A stretch of DNA of 64,000 bases, taken from assembly GCF_009914755.1 (NCBI RefSeq), contig NC_060938.1; one strand, written 5' to 3'. Positions within the stretch are counted from its first letter, which is position 1; every line of letters begins with the position of its first letter. This document shows, piece after piece, positions 1-13,469 of this stretch. The translations under genes and the position numbers were made by a program. The DNA comes from the human T2T-CHM13v2.0 reference genome, Homo sapiens. The notes beneath the pieces were generated by a model. That model had not been told where the DNA came from. It was given only the letters and a program-made list of their open reading frames with translations, and did no database searches.

Positions 1-22
1 CCCCGCCAAAAAACCTTCTTAC

Positions 23-247
23 TTCTGCTTTTCCAGCCTTTATCTGAACTACTTCTGGATCAAAATGGATCTGTGTCTTTTTCACATCTCTTAAATCACT
101 TTCTTTGTGCTTTTCTTCCTCTTGTAGGTCGCCAATGGAAAATTTGTCATTTACTTCATTTTTGTTCCCCATTTCTGTTCTTCCTATCTCTTCAACAGCA
201 GTTGTATTCTCCTCTTTAATCGGAGACTGAAGTTTTGCTAAAAAAGG
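23..247 (-). CDS. MBIP: MBIP coding exon 3 (PFLAKLQSPIKEEN...QIKAGKAE)
   Basis: 225 nt, acceptor CAG at 250-248, donor GTAAG starting at 22; open in phase 0. The gene continues beyond the left edge of the window. Confidence 0.96.
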
Positions 248-1595
248 CTGAGAACAACACAATTCCATCTGCTGAGGTTCAATCTGACCAAAATTAATTA
301 CACACTTAATATATTTACATAAATTTCTGCTAAGTAAATGAAATACTTAATATCAGTTAATAAATATAAAAAGTTGGTATACCAGGACACATAGATCTGA
401 CCACATATAAGTACTCACTATTCTCTGCTATTGTAACCATTATCATTTGCTATAAATTTGTTTTTTAAAAAAGGAGAGAGGAAAAAAGAAAAGAAAAAAG
501 AAAAGAAAACCTAAGGAAATTTAAAATTTTCTTTGAGAGAATCATTCTGTCACTCATCTTTTATTTTGTGCCAAATCAAAGCCTTCAGCCTCTGGCACCA
601 ATGCCACTTAATTAACATGTCATTCAAATGCCTCCTCAGAACACTAAGGCTTAGTATTTTTCCTCCTTAACACGAGAGCTAGTGCTCTCACTCAGCAAAG
701 CCCTGCATTATCACTGTATCACTGGAGATTCTCCACTTGAAACTGCAGTTGGCCAATGTGAATGAGGAAGCATAGACATGAAATATATAGGTGTTAGGCT
801 GAGTGAACACTCAGACTTTTCCTGACATGGCAAGATATCTTTTGGTCATAAAATTAAATTTTAAAAAAGAAAACGAACAAGAAAAAAAAAAGATCTATAG
901 CTGAAAACAGGCAGAGGCCTATCACTATACTACAGGGGGAAAACCCCTGTTGTAGAATTTAAACTATATTACTCATTTACTGTTCCCCTCCCCCACTCCC
1001 CACAATGAGGTCTCATTTGAGTTCTAGAGCTCACTGCTCTGCCCTTTAAAAACAGGGTTAACTATTACTTTTAACATGAAACAGTTAAAATTTCCCACAA
1101 AGTCAATGAATGGAGGGCTGAAAATTAATGCCTATTCCATTAGTCAAAACACACTAACACTAATAACGTTCCAATTATTTTTTTCATACCTACAATTTTG
1201 CTTCCATTGTTCGCTATACTACTCTTTTGAAATCTTATAACACCTTAATCACAGTAAACTGACCAATCCAAACAGTTTTTCCACTTATCTTTTTGACACT
1301 TCACATTTTACACTTTGATTAGAGATAAACTGCAAACTTACATCAATTATAATTGCAAAGATGTTCAATTAGAAACCAGCAAGGTCATAATACTGTTCAG
1401 TTATTAACATGAAATATTTAAAAATATAACAACACTATTATAAATACCAATTCAATATTAACTTCTAATATAAAGAATGAATTATTTCAAACTGTTAAGG
1501 AAAAGAAATGATAAAATAGTGACTGGCTACTTACTAAGATGAGACATTAATGTCATAGAAATTACTTTCTTTTTAAAAACTATGCTGAAACTGTT

Positions 1596-1745
1596 TAATT
1601 GCAATAGACACTCCAGGATGTGTCATGCTGGGATAATGCCCCTTCTTGAACCACTGAAAGCACTCCATGAGCCTCCAAACTCACCCAAGGCATGGAATCA
1701 TTATCATAGCATGACACACACCTGCCGTGTCTTATTGCTTAATTA
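1596..1745. mobile_element. Ancient palindromic non-autonomous element (Eulor/MamRep564-like, Crypton-type termini)
   Basis: Imperfect ~45-bp terminal inverted repeats at 1596-1638 and 1699-1745. The right arm reads TAATTAAGCAATAAGACACG on the minus strand. Family assignment is tentative. Confidence 0.55.
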
Positions 1746-2028
1746 TAACCCACCATAGATGGAACTGTATTGAATTTTCAGTGCAGGTCTAGAATTGAAT
1801 AGAATTGCATTCATTCACTCATACCCACATTGGTCTTTTGGGCTATATTCCCTTAACTGTCCTGATCACTACTGAAATTAACAGATTTAGATTAAATCCG
1901 GATGTAAATAACGTTTTATTAGCAACACTATTAATATAGTGTTTAGAACTGTCAAATACTCCAACTAACTTAACCACAATCAATTTCTATTTTCAATATC
2001 GGGTTATCATTTCTAACAAGAAATTTAC

Positions 2029-2148
2029 CTGTAAATATAAAATGTGTTGTTCAAGTGCACTAAAGAGCAATGCAGGCTGGAATGCCGAGAGGCTCTGGAG
2101 CTTGTTCCAATCGATTGTAATTTTCACCACATCATCTCTGAGGTCAAG
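2029..2148 (-). CDS. MBIP: MBIP coding exon 2 (LDLRDDVVKITIDWNKLQSLSAFQPALLFSALEQHILYLQ)
   Basis: 120 nt, acceptor AG at 2150-2149, donor GTAAAT starting at 2028; phase 0 and in frame with exon 1. Confidence 0.96.
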
Positions 2149-5100
2149 CTTCAAAGGGGCAAACCAGCAACATCACAAAAATTACACGATTAAGCTCTAC
2201 ATATGGAATTGTCACAAAAATAAGATTTCTAGAGTAACGGGTCTATTTTGCTCTAAGTTATCAAGTTTTTAATAATACACTGAAATGCTCTACCCAGTTA
2301 CCATTTCAAAAGGCCAAGAAAGCTACAGATTTTCATAAAAAAACAAAAACAAAATGACATGTCGTTCAAATTCTATTCTTAGGTCTGTGTAATGGGACCA
2401 TTTTAGAGGTAAAACCATTCATGAAAGATGAAAAGATGAAGGCTCTTTTGATACTTCAATATATACAAACCTTTGGATGGAGTCCAATATAGGCTTGCCC
2501 TATTCAGAATCCTACTACTTCTAGCTCAGAGCCTTAAACAGAGGAAGTACAAGTGTTTTGTGAAAGTTTTAACATGCATCTTTCTCTTTAAGTATGTACA
2601 CAAATACATATCAGAAATATATCATTATTCTGATGTCCTCCAAATCACATTTTTAGTTTTTTAACTTTTAACCGATTTTTAAACTAATTTAAAAGTCAAG
2701 ATTATTCATACATATAAAGTGTAGGGATAAATGGCAACATGTTTATTTCAAATAAAAAACTATTATTTAGCAATGGAAGTCTGAAGCTGAAAAACAAAGA
2801 CTTCTCCACCACAGTGAAATAAGTTGTCAGACTGGATGAAATGTCCAGATCTTTTGTAAATGCTAAGATGTGACAGCTCATTATATGGAAATTTCTATCA
2901 GTTGGTGATCTAATAGAATAAAATCATATCCAGAAAACTACCAAGAACCTGAATATAAGATTATTATCAAAATGAGTGAAAATTTTACAATGAGAGCGCC
3001 CATCTGCAGTCTTTTGAATGAATAAAAGTGAACCATCAAAAACTTTTCTAGGGACATGTGTTTACAGCATAGTATAAGACTATACTTCATAGTAGAATCA
3101 AGTTAACATAATTTATTCAAAATGAGTCATCTTTTCTACAAAATAAAGGTGTTACGTGAGTTCAAATACAGATTTTATGAGTCACAATTATAATAAAAAA
3201 GATGAATCACTGTACAAAGATCAAAAAGATATAAGGTTACCAATAAAAAGATAATATATTGAATAAATACTATGTGACAGAAATTTACTGCCCTTTGAAG
3301 ATGAGAATGGAAGCATTTAAAAGTCCATATTAGACAAGTATAAAGAGATATGAAACTTCATGTAGGCTGCACTGGCAAAGATTAGAATATATTAAGATTG
3401 TACATTAAAGTTAATGCATTAATTTATATTACTTTAATTCCTGTAAAGATTTTGTTAGACAACAACCTGTATTATGTATGGAAGTAACCCATTAATGTAC
3501 TTTCATAGTCTTCAAGGAGATCTATAGTTGATTATAGAAAACTTAAGAATACAGCTTGGGGATAAAGCAGGCAAATCCTCAACCAAAGCAAAGTATCACA
3601 TTTTCTAGAGAAAATAACTTATAGAAAAATAAGTCTTAATGTTTGGTTCATATTCTCATTTCAATTCAGCAGAATTACATAAGCTTCAAGTGCAATTAAG
3701 AATAATTAGTCTTTTAAGAAAACCACATAATGTCACAAATTAATTTTAAAACTGTCCTAATACATCTAACTATTCATTCAACAAATTCATTATTAGTAAT
3801 ATGAACTCTATGCATTTTGCCCTACAGAACTTGGAAGAGTAAACCACTCACTCGAAAATCTCTATTAGTCTGCTATTAATATAGACTATTTAAATATATA
3901 TTTTCAGTAAAAACTTTACTAAATTAATACAAAAATCCAAGCTAAAAATAAATAATTGTTTAGCTTGGTAAGATGGACCATCCAGAGGCAAGCAAAAAGG
4001 TTAAAATTAGTAAATTTTGTGATCTTAAGTAAAAAATTATTTTTAACATTCAGTTTTATGTTTCCTACTGAGGAGATCTAATAATACAACGATACTTAGG
4101 GATGACACAGGATGAAGTTAGGCATGTTACAACATACATTCTAAATATCCTTTAAAGTGGTTGCAAAAGAAAATACTGATTTCTCTGGGGGCAATTTTAT
4201 AAGTATGGAACTCTGATTTTCACTCTTAACACTTCTCAAAATATAGAGTATTATGAAAACAGTTTGTATTTAATTGATGAAACAATCATATTTTTGACAC
4301 TTGTATAGGAGGTCCCTTCACTGTGTCATGGTAAAGTAACCAAATATTTACTGTGAACATTTTTGACAGGTGACATAAGTAAATTGTAATCACTTCTTTA
4401 CTTGTACAGTACTTGAATGTTTAAAATTTTCTAATGAGTTTGAAAAATTCAGTATGCAAAATATTTCAAAAGAAATGTTTAAATCATTGCTCAGTATTTT
4501 TTAAAAATATTCCATCTTCTGTTAACAGGTGAGAATAAACTTTTTTCATCTTGACATTATAAAATAAATAAACTTAAGTTCCAACGTCGCCATAAAAAGT
4601 TCTCTAACTTTTAAACCATTTAAACGTCTTGGGTCTTAAGAATGGAATGTTAATAACAAAACACCCCAAGTCTTTAAAAAATGTTTTTGGTAAGTACTTG
4701 GCAAACAACTGAATTTAAAAGTTATATCTTTAAGCAGACTCCATTAATAACTGCGTCATTTCATAAAACCGTTTAACTTACAGTAATGTTCTTTGTAAGA
4801 CACAACATACTACGATTTTTAAAAATAGTAACTTCTTAAAAGACTGATTCTCCATCTACTCAAGGCTTTAAAAATAATTTTCACAAATCAGACAAATGTT
4901 CTATTTTCATAGGAATTTACCATTATCTTTGACACAAATGCCTGCTTTGTCCACTTGCGCTAGTACCAGCCCCAAAACAAACTTTTACGGCTAGAAAATG
5001 GTCTATGTAAGATAGAAAATATTTCCTTTTAAAAGGCAGGTAAACAAGCATACTTTTAAATTGTTTCTCATTTAAAACTTGAATTTTACACCATGAAACG

Positions 5101-5389
5101 AAACAGTGACTTGATCGAAGAAGCCCATTTCAATTTAAAACCAATTTTACTATGACATTTCTGCAAAAGCGATTTATCAGCCAGTTAAACTAGTTAATAG
5201 TTAAATAACGACAGTTCTAACGCCAACAGCATTTTACGCTAGAAGTATTTTAAATGAATTCCTTTTACTTTTCTCCCCATTTGAAAGGATTATAGATGCG
5301 CAAAACAGCCCGAAGGAAAAAAGAAATAAACAAAACCAAGTAACTCATAAGAACAAATTACTCCCTCCCCCACCAAAAAAAGCTAATAA

Positions 5390-6130
5390 GCGCGCGCTTT
5401 TCTATAAATCTCAGGCCTACTGACCAACCAATTCCCATAAAGAGTAAGTTGGAGGAAAAAGGACCCTGAACGCTAAGCGCCTCCTAAACTCGCAGTGAAG
5501 CTTTTCCACATTCATTCTCTCCAAGCCTGCCTCTCTCGGAGCCGGGTTTTCACTTAGGCCAACCTCACCCACTCTTGGGGAGGACAGCTGCAAGGTAAAC
5601 GACTCTGCAACCGGTACCGCCGTCCTCCTCACTCCGACCGAGGAGGCTGGGCCCGGGCTCCTTCCACACCTCGGCTTCGGGACCGCATCCCACACCTCTG
5701 CAGGCCTAGCTGCCCCCGGCCTCTGCTAGAGAAAAAGAATGGCGAGGAGGGACCGGATGGTTTCCATATTCCCAGTCCCTCAGGCCACCTCTCACCTGTC
5801 CAACCAGGGTGTGTAGGGAGCGAAAGATTTCGTAGAGCACCTCTCGGGAGAGGTTGGGGCTGCATCTTCGCTCCAGGTTCCTGTCACCGCTGCTCGGGCG
5901 ATTATGCTCCGTGGCAGCAGCCATAATATCTTCTCAGGCCGCCCCACCACCACCACCACCAAGATTTGCTCACAACCCCGCCCCCTCCCTTCCAGCTTTA
6001 GTCGCTTGGCGATGACGTAAGACACGGAGTCTGGTTTAGATCGGGCTTTGAGGCCCCACCCTCTCTATGTGAATGACAAGCACGTTACACCAATCAGTTG
6101 CAGCTGTGACATTGCGCCGAGGCTCTGAAG
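5390..6130. promoter_or_regulatory. MBIP: CpG island / MBIP promoter and 5' UTR
   Basis: GC- and CpG-rich block around exon 1. GC box CCCCGCCCCC 5976-5985, CRE/ATF-like TGACGTAA 6013-6020, CCAATCAG 6090-6097, short (CCA)n run ~5944-5960. Confidence 0.85.
5796..5924 (-). CDS. MBIP: MBIP coding exon 1 (MAAATEHNRP...HTLVGQ, 43 codons)
   Basis: ATG at 5924-5922. The translation matches the recalled N-terminus of MAP3K12-binding inhibitory protein 1. The exon ends CAG|GTGAG (donor GT at 5795-5794) and lies in a CpG island. Confidence 0.97.
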
Positions 6131-6441
6131 TGGGTAATTGCAGACCACAGCTAGGCTGGAATGCTGTGTTTGGGGTGGTCATTAGAGTCGTGGTCTCTTT
6201 AGCGTTATGAAGCCTACCTTGACTCCTAGGTGTTCATTGTGAATCTTGGTAAGAGGAGACATAGTTAAATTTTGTAGTTTGAGTCCAAAAAGTAAAAGTT
6301 GACATTTTAACATGGCGGTGTGGAGTGGGTCTGGAGGAAGCTTGCTGGTCAGGGATGGAGTGGTGCCCACACGTGTTTCTAAACATTGGAAAACTCACAC
6401 GGAATTATCATGATTGGATAGAACATTTTCATCTCTTCAAG

Positions 6442-6584
6442 TTTGTTGTTGTTGTTTTGGAGACAGAGTCTCACTCTGTCGCCCAGACTGGAGTGCAGTG
6501 GCACTACCTCGGCTCACTGCAACCTCCGCCTCCCAGGTTCAAGCGGTTCTCCTGCCTCAGCCTCCTGAGTAACTGGGACTACAG
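6442..6584 (-). mobile_element. Alu right-arm fragment
   Basis: (TTG)n tail followed by GAGACAGAGTCTCACTCTGTCGCCCAG...GGGACTACAG. Confidence 0.9.
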
Positions 6585-7642
6585 TTGATATTCTCTGTTT
6601 TAACTGTAGAGACGCTTAACCCTAAAATTGTTTCAAAGAAATGAAACACTGTCAATATAATTCCAACAGGAATTTAACCTGGATAAATAATATCATGCAA
6701 CCACAATCTTTGAAATTAGGACATAAAACCGAATTCAAATTTTACAAAGTATTATTTATCATAATAGCTTTATTATAACGATGTTTGTGGGGTTTTGTAA
6801 TCTTTTAGTCAGACTCCGATATTTTTAAAAAGTGTTATCCAATTAAAGTATTACAATAATTTTTAGTGTTAAGCTTTATTCAAAAACACTTTAAGAAATC
6901 AACATCAGCTTAGAGATAAGGAAGATGGGATTTAAAACTCGTAATTCTGTTAATAGTCTAATGCATTTACAGTAGAGAAAGCAAAGGTGGAAACTTGCAC
7001 AATGTGTATTCTTTAGTTTTAGGGTAGACTAAATTAAAGGGAAGGACTAATGCATCAAGGAACTAAGATAAGGACGATGGGGATAAAAACTCCTTTGACC
7101 TGTCCCTAGGGAGTCTCTTAATTAGGCTTTCATTTCCAAAGACAAATGGGATCACCAGGCTTGACAGAATCTTGGGAAATCTTTTCTGTTCCCTTGTTGG
7201 CAGCAAGATATACAACTGACATTCCAGCCTATTTCTACAGGCAGAAAAATACTTCACAATGTCCAGTCTCAAATTGAGCAACCTTCTTATTCAAGCATGG
7301 TAATGGGGTAACTGTAAGTTTTTGTTTTGTACCAAATTAGCAATCAGTTTCAGATCATTTGTTTTCATTGAGGTGTTTCATATTTTTTCAAATATGGAGA
7401 ACACTGATATGCAACACATTTGGGAATATGCTTTGTATATTTAAAAAATGTTGTCTTTAACAAGGTGCTGCTATTCCTTTCTTTGCCATCATTGATTTTG
7501 AATTTTCAAGTTTTACTTGTTCTTTTGAGCCTCTAATACAGAATTAACTGATGGCCATTTGATCTGTGTATTGCTTCTCCATGTAATTCTGTGATTTGAT
7601 ATCCAGACCTGCACTTGTATCTTAGTATTCTTTACTTAGGTA

Positions 7643-7999
7643 CAGGTTGAGCATTCCTAATCTGAAAATTCAAAATCCAAAATGATCCAAAATTTGAAAC
7701 TTTTTGAGTGCCAGTACCACAAGTGGAAAATTTCACACCTGATCCGACATAACAGGTCACAGTTAAAATGTAGTCAAAACTTTGTTTCATGCACAGAATT
7801 ATTTAAAACATTATATAAAATTACCTTCAAGTTATGTGTATAAAGTATACATGAAACATAAATGAATTTTGTGTTTAGATTTGGGTCCCATCCCCAAGAT
7901 AGCTTATTATATATATGCAAATATTCCAAAATCTAAAAAAAATCCGAAATCTGAGACACTTCTGGTCCCAAGTAGTTCAGATAAGGGATACTCAACCAG
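7643..7999. mobile_element. Tigger4/Zombi-type (TcMar) MITE
   Basis: TIRs CAGGTTGAG... and ...CTCAACCAG, with TA on both sides (7641-7642, 8000-8001). Confidence 0.85.
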
Positions 8000-10299
8000 T
8001 AGTACTTAAAATTTGTTAACTCTTTTGTGCATTCTTTCTTCTTTCTAAGGACCTTTCTTACTCTTCTTGATGCCTATTACCTTCATTTTGGAAATTTTTC
8101 TCATTTTCTTATTTTATAATAGAAAATTCTATTTTAAATAGAAGAGTTTGTAGCCTGAAAAGATTTGGATTCCTTTGGGCCAACTCAAAATAGAAATTTG
8201 TAGATATTGTATGTGTGTATGTATGTATAACAAAAGTATAATATGCGCTATGAAATTTAGAAAGGGAATAAAGGGAATAATTTGCTCTTTATGGAAAACT
8301 AATTACAGTTTATAAAGTGGGTTGCTGAAAAATCTGCTGCCTGGCAGAAATGATTCAAAGTGTTGGTGTTCGCGTTAGCAACAGAGTTAGAAATACTGTC
8401 CAGCAGGCTTATGCCAAGAATCAATTGGGAGGATAGAGACTATAAATGAAATCTAGGCTATTTACCTTATCAACAAAAATGTCTTTTATGGTGAGCTTTA
8501 ATGGCATAACTCTATTGAATAACCCAGTTCCCAGCAAAATACCTGAGGTATTAGAAGGGCTCAACTGATGTTTGTTGCATATATGATAATACAGATTTTA
8601 TTTCAATGCAGAAAAAGTAAAATAAATGGTATTTGTCGTCCCTGTCTCCCCATCACCTGCTGCATAAGTCCAAGTTCTTTAGAATGACATGAAGGCTCTT
8701 ATGATGTGGCCTTTGCCTAAATTTCCAGCCTCATTTTCTGCCACAAACCATCTGGTGCTTAGTGCTTCTGAAACTGCTTTTATGTCTTCAACACTTTACT
8801 ATTTCTTGCCTCCATGCTTTGATTTTTACCCAGTGCCTGTTGTCTGCTTGAGAAACTCCTTTTCCATTTTCAAACTCCAGTTAGAAAATCTTTGGGGAAT
8901 CCCCCCTCATAAAGAGCTTATTTTCTCCTCTGCTAAACTACTCCTACAACTTGTATATACTTCTATTATTGTAGTTATCACAGTGATACTTGAATTTATT
9001 TGACTATATCTGTCTCCTTATTGAACTATAAGCATTTATATGTTGGTGTACATAAGGCTTAGCATAGTTTCTGGCACAGAGTTAATTGCTCAGTATATGC
9101 CTGTTGAGCTGAATTTATTTGCCTTCATAAGTGAACAGATTTATAAAATGGAAAAAAGTAAACAAGTGCCTATTGTTGAAGGAAAATTGTAACATATAGA
9201 CTGCTATAAACAATTTATTTTAAATAACGAAACAAGTCTGTTTATTCTCTTTTGTGGCAGCAAATTCAAAGTGTTCTAAGTTTTCTTAAGGGAGTAAATA
9301 TAGCTAGCCTTCATAACCATTCTCAATAATTTTACACATACAAATTAATTGTACCTACTATATACCAGGCACTCTAATTGACATTGAGCTACAAAGATGA
9401 ATCAGACAAGGACTGTTCCTCAAAGAGCTCCCGTTCTAGTGGGATAGGTAGATATATAAACAAACAACTTCATATAATGTGACAATGGCCATATTAGAGG
9501 TATGTATAAAGTAATGCAGCCAATTAGTTCCTTTGGGGAGGGGGTTGGGTCCAGAATCAGGAAAAGCTATAAACACTTAAAGTAAAATCTGAATTGATAT
9601 TGATAAAAATATGAATTTGATATCAAAATATGAATTGATAAATAAGAATTCTCAAGGAATTTATAGAAAACATGAACAGCAACTTGAACATGCTTAATAT
9701 GTTTAGGGAGGATACATTAAATAGAGAAGTATGGCTAAGCAAGCATTTCCTAAAGTGTATTTTATGGAATGCTAGTCTATAATGTGCTAATTTTAGCAAA
9801 ACAGTTCATGATCAAGTAAATTGGGATAATAATTGGCAAATTGTATTGCCATTTCATGCAATGGCTCACAACATTACTTCCTATTAGCAAGGAGTTTAGC
9901 AGTGCAGTCAAGCCCAAGGACATAACTAAACCAATCTCAAACTCCCATTTTTGAAGATTTACTTACTGGTATAAATAAATCTCATACCAATTTCTGTATC
10001 AGTTGAGGTTTAATCAGGAAACAGAAGCCATACATGTTATCTGAACAGAGAAAGTTTACTATAAACATTGTTAATTATGGTAAGTGGTTAATTAACTGAA
10101 AAGGTAATAAGAAAACAAAGTATCACAGAGGTAGTACATTCAGGAAGCAGCTAATCTCTAGGGCTGGGGGAAACAAAAGAAAGAGGAATTATTAAAATTG
10201 TGGAATTTAGAAGAACAGCCCTGTGGAGTCCCTCAGAGAAGAGGGTGTTGCTCTGCTACAGATGGTTGGGCACCATAAGAGATGATTTGGGAAATATTG

Positions 10300-11720
10300 A
10301 ACACTGCAAATGAGCATCTAAGCACTGAAGGACATTATTCAGTCTGAGGTACCTGTAATTGAAATCGTAAAAGGAGACTAGAGAGAGAATAGGGCAAAGA
10401 GATATTTCAAGAGATGATGACGCTAGTTTCCAAAAATAGTGAAGGACATCAAACCACAGATCCAAGAAGTTTGGAGAACCTCAATATTAGTTACATACTA
10501 CTGTCCAACAAATCACCTCAAAATTTAGTGGCTTAAAACAACATTTCTTATCTCATAGTTTCTGTGGGTCAGAAATTCAGGAGTGGCTTTGCTTGGTGTT
10601 CTATCACCCACTCTGAAAAAAAACCCAGCAAGACGTAAGCCACACCTTTTAGGACCTAGTCTCTCAAGTTACACATTGTTGGAATTTATTTGTTGGAAGC
10701 AAGTAGTTGTGTCTGGCTGACACTCAAGGGAAGGGAAGTTAGACTTCACATCTCCATTTCAGAAATGAAAGAGAAATAAAGATTTTTAAAAGAAAACAAA
10801 ACTAATATAATTTATTGCCAGTAGAACTGCCCTATAAGAAATGTTAAAGGAAGTTCTTCAGGCAAAAGGGGTGTGATACGAGGAAGAAACCTGTATCTAT
10901 ATGATGAAACAAAAATCTTAAGAAATGGTTATGATAAAGTGACACATGAGATATTTATTTTTATTTTTATTTGCCATCAAGATAATTCACTGTCTAAAGC
11001 AAATATAGTGGCAAATTATTGTGGATTTATAGAATATATAAAGAAATGTATGACACCATAGCACACAAATTGGGAGGGAGGAATTGTAAGTACACAGTTG
11101 TAAGTTTTCTACAATATAGCAATATAATATTAATTGAAGGTAGTCTAATAAAGATATATGTTGTAAGACCTAGAATAACTAAAAATATTTTAAGAGGTAT
11201 AAATTATAAATTAATAATGGAGAATCGTAAAAAATAGTTTATTGAAAAAGTCATGAAAAGAGAAACAGAAGAAGAGATGGGACAAATAGAAAAAGAAGTA
11301 GATTTTAATCCAGCCATATCAGTAGTTATATTAAATGTAAATGATCTAAACGGAGATTGCACATTGCATTAAAATTAAGATTATGCTGACTAAAGGAAAC
11401 CCACTTTAAATATAAAGACAGAGGTTAGTTAAAAGTACTATAAAAAGATAGAAAAAGATATGCTATGCAAACATCAGTAACAATAAAGCTGTAAACATTT
11501 TAATATTAGACAATATAGTTGCCGGAAGAGCATGATGTAATCTTAGAGAGTTAATTCCCCAAAGGAGACTTAATACTAAATGTGCATTAACAACAGATCT
11601 TCAAAATACTTGAAACAAAAACTGATAGAACTGAAAGAGGAGAAATAATCTACATATATACTTGGAGACTTTAACACGCCTCTGTCAGTAATTGGTAGAA
11701 ACAGTAGAAATACGGTATGT
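10300..11720 (+). mobile_element. Old L1M ORF1/ORF2-start remnants interrupted by a MaLR (MLT1) fragment at ~10480-10740
   Basis: A-rich degenerate L1-like sequence (e.g. AAGAAATGTTAAAGGAAGTTCTTCAGGC) and MLT1-like AAATTTAGTGGCTTAAAACAAC. Boundaries approximate. Confidence 0.6.
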
Positions 11721-12029
11721 GAATTACTAATTTTAGTGGACTAAACCAACTAAAAGAAAATAAATTCAAGGGGAAAAGGCACTTTTAAAATTTCTTTTCT
11801 CATTTTATTATAGTTATTATATATAGTTATTATATAGAAATACTTCTATAGTAGAAGTTCAATTTGAATCTTAATTGTGTCTTCCATTTCTCGCCTCATT
11901 ATTATCATGTTTTCTCATATTTTCTTGAACATATAGAGCATATTTATATCAGGTATTTTAATATCTTTCTTTGTTAGTTACATTATCTCTTTTTTCTGGA
12001 TCTATGTCTATTGAATGTTTTTCTTACAC

Positions 12030-12285
12030 CTTCACACATGCTTAGCCTTCCCCATATATCAATATTCCCCTACCAAAATGGTAAATTTGTTACAATTGAT
12101 CAACCTACATTGACATATCATGATCACCCAAAGCCCATTTTTACATTAGGGTTCACTCTTGGCATTGTACATTCTATGAATTTGGACAAATGTATAATGA
12201 TATTCGTCTATTGTTATACTATCATAAAGACAATTTTCACTGCCCTGAAAATCCTCTGTGCTCTGCCTATTCATTTCTCTCTCTT
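12030..12285 (-). mobile_element. L1MD-like 3' end fragment
   Basis: ACATTAGGGTTCACTCTTGG...AAAATCCTCTGTGCTCTGCCTATTCAT, typical of the L1MD 3' UTR. Confidence 0.65.
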
Positions 12286-12301
12286 TCCCATGTGGAGCTT
12301 T

Positions 12302-13469
12302 AAAAAAAAAAAAGTTTTGCTGTCAGGAGTACATGTGCAGGTTTGTTATATAGGTAAACCTGTTTCATGGGGGTTTACTGTACAGATTATTTCATCACCC
12401 AGGTATTAAGCCTAATACCTATTATTGTTCTTAATCCTCTCCCTCCTCTCACCCTCCTCCCTCCAGCAGACCCTGGTGTCTGTTGTTTCCCTCTATGTGT
12501 CCATATGTTCTCATCATTTAGTTCCCACTTGTAAGTGAGAACATGTGGTATTTGATTTTCTGTTCCTGCATTGGTTTGCTAGGGATAATGCCCTCCAGCT
12601 CCATCCATGTTCCTGCAAAGGACATGATCTTGTTCTTTTTATGACTGCATAGTACTCCATGGTGTATATGTACCACATTTTCTTTATCGAGTCTACCATT
12701 TATGGCTATTTAGGTTAATTCCACATCTTTGCTGTTGTGAATAGTACTGCAGTGAACATAAGCATGCATGTGTCTTTATGACAGGACAATATATATATTC
12801 CCTTGGATATATACCCAGTAATGGGATTGCTAGGTAGAACAGCAGTTCTGTTTTTAGGTCTTCAAGGAATTGCGACACCGTTTTCCACAATGGTTGAACT
12901 AATTTACTCTCCCAACAACAGTGTATAAGCAAGCATTCCTTTTTCTCTACGATCTCATCAGCACCTGTTATTTTTTGACGTTTTAGTAATAGTCATTCTG
13001 ACTTGTGTGAGATGGTATCTCATTGTGGTTTTGATTTGCATTTCTCTAATCGGTGATGTTGAGCTTTTATTCATAAGCTTGTTAGCCACATGTACGTCTT
13101 TTTTTGAAAAGTGTCTGTTCATGTCCTTTGCCCACTTTTTAATAGGTTGTTTTCTTGTAAATTTGTTTAAGTTCCTTATAGATGCTGGATATTAGACCTT
13201 TGCCAGATGCATAGTTTTAAAAAATTTTCTCCCATTCTGTAGATTGTCTGTTCACTCTGTTGATAGTTTCCTTTGCTGTGCAGAAGCTTAGTTTAGATAG
13301 ATCCCATTTGTCGATTTTTGCATTTGCTGAATCGCTTTTGGCATTTTTGTCATGGAATCTTTGTCCATTCCTATGTCCAGAATGGTATTGCCTAGGTTCT
13401 CTTCCAGGCTTTTTATAGTTTTTGGGTCTTACATTTAAGTCTTTAATCCATCTTCAGTTGATTCTTCTA
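12302..13469 (-). mobile_element. 5'-truncated L1 (L1PA13-16-like)
   Basis: ORF2 C-terminal remnants (ORFs 12514..12699, 12693..12932) plus 3'UTR. Near-perfect TSD CCATGTGGAGCTTT 12288-12301 / CCATATGGAGCTTT 13470-13483. Confidence 0.88.

Noticed and set aside
2042-2272. 76-aa plus-strand ORF
   Set aside because: Antisense shadow of MBIP exon 2.
2992-3010. CTCF-like motif (CTGCAGATGGGCGCT on the minus strand)
   Set aside because: Spacing deviates from the consensus by one base; not supportable without ChIP data.
5417-6025. Additional minus-strand ORFs overlapping MBIP exon 1
   Set aside because: Stop-poor GC-rich island. The 72-aa ORF is exon 1 read through the splice donor.
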